Below the pieces are notes generated by a model, which worked only from the letters and a program-made list of their open reading frames with translations, searched no databases and was not told the origin of the DNA. A program made the translations under genes and the position numbers. Below are positions 24,513 through 32,000 of a DNA stretch of 32,000 nt, in pieces. The stretch is from contig NZ_CP047931.1 of the NCBI RefSeq assembly GCF_014280175.1, forward strand, positions 660,001 through 692,000, written 5' to 3'. Position 1 is the first letter of the stretch. The number at the start of each line of letters is the position of its first letter. The stretch comes from Synechococcus sp. A15-28 (GTDB lineage Bacteria > Cyanobacteriota > Cyanobacteriia > PCC-6307 > Cyanobiaceae).

Positions 24513-27500
24513 GTGCAGAAACATGGTTTCGCTGAAGCTGATGGTGAAGCCATTCTCAGTGCCATGAACGCGATGCTCCTCGCGTCTGAAATGCCAGCAC
24601 ATCCCGATGATCCAACGCTCCAAAGTGAGCACATGGCTGCGATGGATCTGGCCAAACCGGAAGAAGCCACGCATGTCGCGACGGCCTCAGGAGATTGGTC
24701 CTCTGCCTCAACATGGCAGGGTGGGCGCATTCCTGATCAGGGCAGTCGGGTTCTGATCCCCGAAGCTCATTCGGTCACTCTGGATCGTGAACTGGCCTCG
24801 GAGCTTGAATGGCTTCGGCTGAATGGTGAGCTGCGCTTCGCAACTGATCGGGATACGGAATTAAGGGTCGACACGCTGGTCAGTGCCCCTGGTAGTCGAC
24901 TAGAGATCGGCACGGCGGAACAACCGGTTCAGTCGAATGTGCAAGCGCGGATCGTGTTCGCCGATCGTGGGCCTCTGACTGTTGAGAACGACCCGTTGCT
25001 AATGGGCCGTGGAGCGATTCTTCATGGCACCACGCGGATCCACGGTGCGGCAAAAACCTCTGCTGTGACCGCAGCAATAGATCTGAAACGAGGTGATCGG
25101 GAGATTGTTCTGACCGACCAACCGGAGGGTTGGTCGGTGGGGGATCAGCTGGTCATCGCTGGAACCCGTCCCGATGGTGGTGGGGATGAAACCGTCGTTA
25201 TTCAGTCCATTGAAGGGTCTCGCATTCTTTTGGAAGCCCCGTTAACCGAGGACCACCTCACTCCGCGGGATCACCTGAAGGTTCATGTGGCCAACCTCAG
25301 CCGCAATGTGGAATTCACCTCTGAGAACACAGCCATTGATCGTCGCGGTCACGTGATGTTCATGCATACCAGAGATGTGGATGTGGCGAATGCTGCGTTC
25401 AATGATCTGGGCCGCACCGACAAGCTTCGACCATTGGATAGTCCATATTTTGATGATGAAGGCTTCTTCGTGGAAGAGACTGGTAGTAATACAGGTGGCC
25501 GTTATTCTGTTCATTTTCACCGTAATGGTGTTGAGCGGAGTGGCTCTCCTGCTGTCATCCGTGGCAGTGTTGTAGCCGGCAATCCTGGCTGGGGGTTTGT
25601 CAACCATTCCAGTTATGTCGATTTCATCGACAATGTTGCCTTTGATGTGGTGGGTGCAGCTTTCAGCACCGAAGCTGGAGATGAGATCGGTCGTTTTCAG
25701 GACAACCTTGCCATTCGAATGCTTGGCACTGGTGATGAGCCCATCAGTCGACAGGAGGATGGCGATTTCGGCCATGCAGGTGATGGTTTCTGGCTGCAAG
25801 GGCCCGGGGTCGTCGTTGAAAACAATGTGGCTGCTGGGGCTACAGGAAGTGGCTTGATCCTCTATGCCGAACCATTGTTTGAAGATGGCTTGGGTATCAC
25901 GACCTTCCCTTCAGGCAATCTTCCTGATCCATTCGTTGCTGAGGGGGATGCGTCAGTGCCAGTTTCTTTGGCTCCCTTGGCTCGGTTCAGTGACAACGAA
26001 AGTTATGGTTCAGCTTTGGGAGCTCAGATTTATTACCACCGTACATTCATCACGATTGAGGAAGAACAGGAGGAACAGGCTCGATTTCAGTTTGCTCCGA
26101 GTGTGATGGATGGTATGAGTCTTTGGAGTAATAGTAACGGAATGCAGGTTAATTACACGGTTGACACTGATTTCCGCGATTTTGAAATCATTGGACCGGC
26201 TGATGGCTCTGGCGATACCGGCTTTGACGCTGCTTCAAACTTTTATAACCGCGGAACTCATCATTATGAAAACTTTGTCATTGAGGATTATGAGATTGGT
26301 TTCTCGGCTCCTCGTAGTGGTGTGATTCATGTCCGCAATGGTTATTTCAATAACATCACGGATTTTTATTTGAATGAGCCAAGGCAGCTGGGTCGCAGGA
26401 TGCGCTTCGAAGGTGATATCCAGTTTGGTGATCGTGCCAGTGGTGTTGTTGAGGGAGAGGTGGTGCCAAGGTCTTATTTTGAAATGGATCCTGAGCTTGC
26501 CCCTGCCGCGGATTCAGCGAACGAGCATTTCTTGCTGGATGATCAGGTTATTCTTGACTTCGGACCTTTTCAGGATCAGCAACTCTATTTCTATGAGCAG
26601 TTAGCGGATCATGTGCTTTTCCCTGAGTTGCCGGAGCAGCTGACTCCCGATGATCCTGGGCCAACGATTGGGGATGAGTTTGTTGGCGTAACCAATGCGG
26701 AGATTGCATCTGTGTTGGGTGAGTCGTTTGGGGGCGCCATGGTTCCAGATGATGCGCGAGAGGTGGATCGGATCCTGGGACTCGTTGGCTCGCCTGCGGC
26801 TGATCTTCCTGAGCTCAATCCCAACCCTCTCCCATTGGATGATGAAGAGGAAGACGATTTAGATGAGGACGAAGAAGAGGAAGAAGAGGAGATCGAGGAA
26901 GAGGAGAATGATTTGGAGGAAGATGAAGAGGGAATTGATGAAGAGGAGGATGATTTAGAGGAAGATGAAGAGGGAATTGAGGAAGACGTGGATGAGATTG
27001 ATGATCCCATCGACGAGCCGGAGGGTTCTGAGCTTGAGATCGGACTGTCTGAACAGGGAGGCAACCTTCGCCTCAGGCTCAGAAGTGATGAATTGATCGA
27101 GCGTTCTGATGACGTGGTGCGAACCCCCGTTGAGGGTTTTGATGCAATTTCTCTGTTCAGCTCCAATTTTTCCGAGAAAGTTAAATTCAAGTTTGATCCC
27201 CGTCTCGCATCATCTCCTGATGTTGTCAACTTATTCGCGGCAAGGGGGGGTGACCGAATTCAGATTGTTCAAAAGAATCAAGGCGGACCTGACTTGTTGG
27301 CGATTCATGGCCAACAAGGGCGTGATCGCCTCGATGCCAGCAAATTCGCTGGAGAGGTTGAACTGGATGGTGGACCTGGTCGAGATCTTCTGATCGGTGG
27401 ACGTTCGCGAAGTGAACTTTGGGGTGGTTCAGGCGCTGATACGTTTGATCTCAGTCGTGAATCTTCTGGTGTTCAGTGGATCATGGATTTTGATCCTGAT

Positions 27501-27650
27501 ATAGATCAACTTCGCTTGGATCAAACCGTTGGTGCTTACGAGATCGACGTTCGCGGAGATGATCTCTGGCTTCTGAGTGGTGAGCGAGCCGTGGCCGTTT
27601 TTGACGGCTTTGTTGATCAACAGGACACTCTTCAACTCTTGATCAGTTAG
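24513..27650 (+). CDS. large secreted protein: G8 domain + right-handed parallel beta-helix + polyacidic linker + RTX repeats with type-I-secretion C-terminal domain
   Basis: 1045 aa with a GTG start and no N-terminal signal peptide.
- G8-like block, about 24669..25040: ATHVATASGDWSSASTWQGGRIPDQGSRVLIPEAHSVTLD...LRLNGELRF...LVSAPGSRLEIGT.
- Beta-helix-like repeats follow, including GRYSVHFHR near 25495..25525.
- A 65-residue tract, 75% D/E, at 26838..27032.
- Three consecutive GGxGxD-type nonapeptides at 27369..27449: GGPGRDLLI, GGRSRSELW, GGSGADTFD.
- Then IMDFDPDIDQLRLD, which resembles a T1SS C-terminal target domain. Confidence 0.85.
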   Translation: MQKHGFAEADGEAILSAMNAMLLASEMPAHPDDPTLQSEHMAAMDLAKPEEATHVATASGDWSSASTWQGGRIPDQGSRVLIPEAHSVTLDRELASELEWLRLNGELRFATDRDTELRVDTLVSAPGSRLEIGTAEQPVQSNVQARIVFADRGPLTVENDPLLMGRGAILHGTTRIHGAAKTSAVTAAIDLKRGDREIVLTDQPEGWSVGDQLVIAGTRPDGGGDETVVIQSIEGSRILLEAPLTEDHLTPRDHLKVHVANLSRNVEFTSENTAIDRRGHVMFMHTRDVDVANAAFNDLGRTDKLRPLDSPYFDDEGFFVEETGSNTGGRYSVHFHRNGVERSGSPAVIRGSVVAGNPGWGFVNHSSYVDFIDNVAFDVVGAAFSTEAGDEIGRFQDNLAIRMLGTGDEPISRQEDGDFGHAGDGFWLQGPGVVVENNVAAGATGSGLILYAEPLFEDGLGITTFPSGNLPDPFVAEGDASVPVSLAPLARFSDNESYGSALGAQIYYHRTFITIEEEQEEQARFQFAPSVMDGMSLWSNSNGMQVNYTVDTDFRDFEIIGPADGSGDTGFDAASNFYNRGTHHYENFVIEDYEIGFSAPRSGVIHVRNGYFNNITDFYLNEPRQLGRRMRFEGDIQFGDRASGVVEGEVVPRSYFEMDPELAPAADSANEHFLLDDQVILDFGPFQDQQLYFYEQLADHVLFPELPEQLTPDDPGPTIGDEFVGVTNAEIASVLGESFGGAMVPDDAREVDRILGLVGSPAADLPELNPNPLPLDDEEEDDLDEDEEEEEEEIEEEENDLEEDEEGIDEEEDDLEEDEEGIEEDVDEIDDPIDEPEGSELEIGLSEQGGNLRLRLRSDELIERSDDVVRTPVEGFDAISLFSSNFSEKVKFKFDPRLASSPDVVNLFAARGGDRIQIVQKNQGGPDLLAIHGQQGRDRLDASKFAGEVELDGGPGRDLLIGGRSRSELWGGSGADTFDLSRESSGVQWIMDFDPDIDQLRLDQTVGAYEIDVRGDDLWLLSGERAVAVFDGFVDQQDTLQLLIS
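26856..26993 (+). repeat. in-frame tandem repeat inside the polyacidic linker (two 42-nt units plus a degenerate upstream unit)
   Basis: Unit 26910..26951 versus unit 26952..26993: 38/42 identical by hand alignment, including a 23-nt perfect run. They encode DLEEDEEGIDEEED and DLEEDEEGIEEDVD. A degenerate related unit begins at 26856 (gatttagatgaggac...). Confidence 0.85.
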
Positions 27651-27670
27651 GTGATGCGCTGATCCTTGAA

Positions 27671-29773
27671 TCAGGCCGATTGTCGAGGTCTGGCGGGAAT
27701 GGGATAGGGAATGCGGCGGTGTCTCATCCGCCGCCAAACCTTCACAAATGCCTGGACGACAAGTTCAACCTCAGAACGCGATAGTCCGCTTTTGCGAAGT
27801 TGCCCATCCTGTTGACGAGACTCCACGATGCGACGCACGGTGTCCTTCGCTTCATCGTCTGAGGTGTCGGGTGGTAATGAGCGCAAAGCCGCCTCGCAAC
27901 CATCGGCCAGCATCAGGATTCCTGTTTCCTTGGAACGGGGTGATGGGCCGTGATAGCGAAAGCGTCTCTCCTGCACCTTGGGATTTCTCTGACGGGCTTT
28001 GTGCAGAAAAAAGCCCATCTTCAAGGTCCCTTGGTGCTCCGGAATGAAATCTGCAATCGGCCGAGGCAGGCGGTGGCGTTTTGCCAGTTTCAGTCCTTCA
28101 TCCACGTGGGCCTGTAGAACAGCCGCGCTCTGTTCAGGATCGTTAAGAGCGTCATGGGGATTCGGACCGTCTTTTTGGTTTTCGATGAACCAGTCCGGGG
28201 CATGAAGTTTGCCGACATCGTGATACAAAGAGCCTGTTCGAATCAGATCGACATCAGCATTGATGGCACGAGCTCCTTCCTCGGCAAGGCCACAGATCAT
28301 CAATGTGTGCTCAAAGGTGCCAGGAGCTTCACAGGACAAGCGTCGCAGCAGAGGTCGCTCCTGGTCTGCCAATTCAAGTAATCGTGCACGGGTCAGCAAG
28401 CCGAAGGATCCTTCCAGCAGGGGAATCATCAACAGCGACAGCATCAGCAGCAGACCCAACAGCAGCGCATCTGTGCTCAGTTCATCGAGTCCTGGATTCA
28501 AGGAGCCCCACAGCCTCCACCCCGTCCATGGTTGGAGCTGGAGCAGCACCCATTGAGACACCAGGGCGCCCAGTGGCAACAGAACAGCGAGCTGAAGCAA
28601 CTGACCCCGACTGCGCTGACGACCAGCGATGACTCCTCCTGTTGTGGCGACAGCGACAGCGATCAACAGACGCCCATCACCCAGTCCATTGGCAGGCAGA
28701 GGCCAGATCAGGGCTGTGATCGCCATCCAGACCAGGCCACAGCCCGTTCCCAGTCCTTCGGTCAGGATCAGAGTGGGTGGCACCAACACCGCTAAGGGAC
28801 TGACCGTGGATTGGAACCAGAGCTTGGCCACCTGAGCCAGCAGCAGGAGTCCTAGGGCCAGCAACCCATGGCGGACTTCAAGCCCGGGACGCTCTCGTCG
28901 CATCACCAAGAGCATCACGCCGCAGGCAGCGAGGGCTTCGAGAAAACGACCCAGCCAGATCAACGGCTGGGGTTCGCGCTTCACTTTTCCGAAAAAGTCA
29001 AGAACGTCGTAGGCCTGAGGGCTGATCGGCTCCCCCTTTCGTGTAATGAGATCTCCCTTCCGCACATCGATGGTGGGGATCCCCTGTTTGGTCAGCTGTT
29101 CTTCAATCAGCTGTTTGCTGAGGATGGGGTCGGTGCGCAGGTTGCTGCTTCCCTGCAGGCTGCTTGCCAGGAGCTTGCCGGCCAGGGAACGGGCCGCAGG
29201 GTTGTCGATGACGTCACCCTGCAGTTGAAGACTGGCGGCTTGACGGAATTGATCCACCGCAAGGGTGCTTACCAGTCCCTGGCTGAGCATGCGGTTCGCG
29301 GCCTTCCTGACAACGTTGTCCCAGGCGAGATGCTCTTCATGGCTGCGTTGCTCCAGCCAGACCTGTTCATCCGCACTGAGATTGACCGGACCGACCCTGG
29401 CCGCTGACCCGCTCTCGCTCACCTGTTGGAGTTCGCTGAGCTGACGTTCCAGTCTCAGCTTGAGTGCCTGCGTCTGCTCCTGGTCAAGCACTTGAACGAC
29501 GGAGCGTGCCACCAGGGTGGAGCGGCGTTGCTCCAGAGCTGTGCTGTCCTGCACCAGGGCATCCTTGGGTGCGATGGCGTTAAAGGGGGCCAGCGCACCC
29601 GGCTGGAGATCAGGTTTCAGCAGCCATGGAAGGCTGGAAGCTCCGGCAACCATCAGGCAGAGCAACAGCACAAAGCTGGATTGCAGTGCAGTCCAACGGA
29701 GCAGGCGCCCAGCCGGACCCTGATGACGCAGCCAGCGTCTCCATAACTTGCTCACGCCGTTGAAGCGAACCAA
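27671..29773 (-). CDS. 7TM receptor with intracellular HD/HDIG phosphohydrolase domain (7TMR-HD family)
   Basis: 700 aa. N-terminal anchor and extracellular domain, a central block of about seven hydrophobic helices, and a C-terminal HD domain (EHTLMICGLAEE...GSLYHDVGKL...EHQGT). Confidence 0.88.
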   Translation of the reverse strand: MVRFNGVSKLWRRWLRHQGPAGRLLRWTALQSSFVLLLCLMVAGASSLPWLLKPDLQPGALAPFNAIAPKDALVQDSTALEQRRSTLVARSVVQVLDQEQTQALKLRLERQLSELQQVSESGSAARVGPVNLSADEQVWLEQRSHEEHLAWDNVVRKAANRMLSQGLVSTLAVDQFRQAASLQLQGDVIDNPAARSLAGKLLASSLQGSSNLRTDPILSKQLIEEQLTKQGIPTIDVRKGDLITRKGEPISPQAYDVLDFFGKVKREPQPLIWLGRFLEALAACGVMLLVMRRERPGLEVRHGLLALGLLLLAQVAKLWFQSTVSPLAVLVPPTLILTEGLGTGCGLVWMAITALIWPLPANGLGDGRLLIAVAVATTGGVIAGRQRSRGQLLQLAVLLPLGALVSQWVLLQLQPWTGWRLWGSLNPGLDELSTDALLLGLLLMLSLLMIPLLEGSFGLLTRARLLELADQERPLLRRLSCEAPGTFEHTLMICGLAEEGARAINADVDLIRTGSLYHDVGKLHAPDWFIENQKDGPNPHDALNDPEQSAAVLQAHVDEGLKLAKRHRLPRPIADFIPEHQGTLKMGFFLHKARQRNPKVQERRFRYHGPSPRSKETGILMLADGCEAALRSLPPDTSDDEAKDTVRRIVESRQQDGQLRKSGLSRSEVELVVQAFVKVWRRMRHRRIPYPIPARPRQSA

Positions 29774-29844
29774 AGCAAGGGACCTGACCTCATTACGCTA
29801 GCCGTACCAGCAGGGCATGCTGGAGGGACTGATGGGTTCCTGTC

Positions 29845-30726
29845 ATGGCCCTGCGGCTGGATGGCAAAACGCTGGCATCAACGGTGGAGGGTCGCCTCAC
29901 CGCTGTTGTCGACGCTTTCATGGGCGATGTTGGTCGGCCGCCAGGACTTGCAGTTCTTCGGGTGGGCGATGACCCGGCCAGTGCTATTTACGTCGCCAAC
30001 AAGGAAAAAGCGTGCGCCCGCGTGGGCATTGCCAGCTTTGGGGCTCATCTGGCGGCAGAGACCCCCGCGGATGAGGTGCTCAGCACGATCCAAACCCTTA
30101 ATGCTGATTCCCGTGTCGATGGCATCCTGCTTCAGTTGCCTTTGCCCAAGGGGTTGGATGAGCGTCCCCTGTTGGAGGCCATCGATCCGGCGAAAGATGC
30201 CGACGGTCTGCACACCCTCAATCTGGGACGGTTGTTGAAAGGCGAACCCGGCCCGCGCAGCTGTACACCGGCCGGTGTGATAGCGCTTCTGCGCAGCAAC
30301 GGCATCGATCCCGCTGGTCAACGGGCCGTCGTCATTGGGCGCAGCATTCTTGTTGGGCAGCCCATGGCCCTGATGCTGCAGGCCGCCAACGCCACCGTCA
30401 CCGTCACCCATTCCCGCACCGCTGATCTGGCTGCCCACACCCGCGAAGCCGACATTGTGGTGGTCGCTGCAGGCCGCCCTGGCATGGTCGGCGCCGAGCA
30501 CATCAAGCCCGGTGCAGCGGTGGTGGATGTGGGCATTCATCGCAAGCCGGAAGGGGGGCTTTGCGGTGATGTTGTGGCAGGGGAGGTGGAACCGATCGCT
30601 GCTGCCCTCTCCCCTGTGCCAGGAGGCGTTGGCCCGATGACGGTGACCATGCTGCTGGTGAACACGGTGGTTGCCTGGTGCCGACGGCATGGCAACGACC
30701 ATGGCTTGGAGGACCTGATTGGTTGA
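29845..30726 (+). CDS. folD: bifunctional methylenetetrahydrofolate dehydrogenase / methenyl-THF cyclohydrolase
   Basis: 293 aa. LDGK..A......[45 protein letters not shown] and [11 protein letters not shown]. Confidence 0.95.
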   Translation: MALRLDGKTLASTVEGRLTAVVDAFMGDVGRPPGLAVLRVGDDPASAIYVANKEKACARVGIASFGAHLAAETPADEVLSTIQTLNADSRVDGILLQLPLPKGLDERPLLEAIDPAKDADGLHTLNLGRLLKGEPGPRSCTPAGVIALLRSNGIDPAGQRAVVIGRSILVGQPMALMLQAANATVTVTHSRTADLAAHTREADIVVVAAGRPGMVGAEHIKPGAAVVDVGIHRKPEGGLCGDVVAGEVEPIAAALSPVPGGVGPMTVTMLLVNTVVAWCRRHGNDHGLEDLIG

Positions 30727-31424
30727 TGGCGGAGAACGCGATTCACTGGTTGTTCCCCACACCGGTGCTGCAGGCGGACCTCACACCACCGAGCGATGTG
30801 GCCCTGGCGATGCTGCAGCAGCTTGCTCTGTTTAACCAGAAGGTGTTCTCGAAGCCTGAGTTCCGTGATCGCAACAACCTCACCGGTGATCTGCTCGGTC
30901 AAGCGGGACTGGATCAATTGCATCGCCTGGAAGCGTTCCAGTGGCTCAATCAGCACCTGGCCATTCACGTGGACGACTACCTGAAGGAGCTGCTGGGGCC
31001 AAATCACGCTCTGCAGGTTCACATTCAGAAGGCTTGGCCTGTGGTCTGTGCTCAGCAAGGCGGGACGATTGAGCCCCATAGCCACCGCAATGCTCAGCTC
31101 AGCGCTGTGTTCTATGTCCGTACGGAACCGGACAATCCCAGTGGGGAGTTGGAGTTTCAGGCTCCAGACGATTACTTCAGTCACGTGATGGCAATCCCTT
31201 ATAAGGACGCAGCTGTCTCGGGGGGAGTGTTCGCTCCCTTACAGCACCGGCTGCTGCTGTTCCCCTCTGATCTGCGTCATCAGGTGACGGCCTATGAGGG
31301 GGAGTCACCTCGCTATTCGGTCTCCTACGACCTGGCTATCACCACAGCACCTGGTCAGGGGCGGGAAATGCGCATGCCGCATCCGATGGACTGGGTTCCC
31401 CTCTGCAATCCAGGGCCGGCCTGA
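30726..31424 (+). CDS. 2OG-Fe(II) oxygenase-like conserved hypothetical protein (TIGR02466-type, from memory)
   Basis: 232 aa from [15 protein letters not shown], a typical N-terminus of this family, with the metal-site-like EPHSHRNAQLSAVFYV and a later FPSDLRHQV. The ATG overlaps the folD stop by 1 nt (TGATG, 30724..30728). The track ORF start at 30678 lies inside folD. Confidence 0.75.
   Translation: MAENAIHWLFPTPVLQADLTPPSDVALAMLQQLALFNQKVFSKPEFRDRNNLTGDLLGQAGLDQLHRLEAFQWLNQHLAIHVDDYLKELLGPNHALQVHIQKAWPVVCAQQGGTIEPHSHRNAQLSAVFYVRTEPDNPSGELEFQAPDDYFSHVMAIPYKDAAVSGGVFAPLQHRLLLFPSDLRHQVTAYEGESPRYSVSYDLAITTAPGQGREMRMPHPMDWVPLCNPGPA

Positions 31425-32000
<576 letters not shown>

Noticed and set aside
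24486-24515. Stop-codon readthrough or gene fusion between the SemiSWEET and the large G8/RTX ORF (same frame, one TGA).
   Set aside because: The shared frame has a one-in-three chance expectation. No readthrough context or recoding structure is visible. A fused membrane-transporter-T1SS substrate makes little topological sense. It is mentioned under the SemiSWEET finding only as a remote possibility.
26609-27229. A 206-aa minus-strand ORF rich in poly-Ser (…SSSSSSSS…), and the minus ORF 25242..25799.
   Set aside because: They are antisense shadows of the large gene. The poly-Ser run is simply the reverse complement of the GAR (Glu/Asp) codon tract.
27651-27670. A weak 5-bp hairpin (ctgat/atcag) between the convergent large gene and the 7TMR-HD gene, considered as a bidirectional terminator.
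   Set aside because: The stem is too short and AT-rich and has no flanking U/A tracts. It is not distinguishable from chance.

Overview
High-GC (about 55-63% in hand-counted 60-nt lines) picocyanobacterial chromosome segment, most like a marine Synechococcus. Family calls come from motif recognition only, since no searches could be run. CDS coordinates include the stop codon.

Core genes, roughly 1-21.4 kb and 27.7-32 kb:
- Minus-strand gene train: family-5 ABC substrate-binding protein, hom, sufE, 5-formyl-THF cyclo-ligase, ruvC, chlI, a secreted conserved protein, a class-A beta-lactamase-like serine hydrolase, a TrmJ-like methyltransferase and cytM.
- Next: petG (missed by the ORF track), rsmD, hisH, trxA, the sRNA Yfr1 in its classical guaB-trxA spacer, guaB and a CAAD/CurT-like protein.
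- Then: gyrA, crtL, a GH57 enzyme, leuA and a lone MalG-type permease.
- Right edge: a 7TM-HD receptor, folD, a 2OG-oxygenase-like protein and crtE (partial).

Many neighbouring genes share 1-4 nt start/stop overlaps. Two convergent pairs overlap at their 3' ends.

Accessory-looking stretch, about 21.4-27.7 kb:
- A Nif11-family peptide gene followed by ambiguous small ORFs.
- A low-GC islet with two orphan ORFs.
- A UPF0045 protein, a secreted HExxH mini-protein, an RluA-type synthase and a SemiSWEET.
- A compositionally atypical 1045-aa gene. It encodes a G8 domain, a parallel beta-helix, a 65-residue polyacidic linker and RTX repeats with a type-I secretion tail. This CEMIP/TMEM2-like architecture has no described function in cyanobacteria and is the best candidate for something new here.

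No rRNA, tRNA, CRISPR array, transposase or integrase was found.
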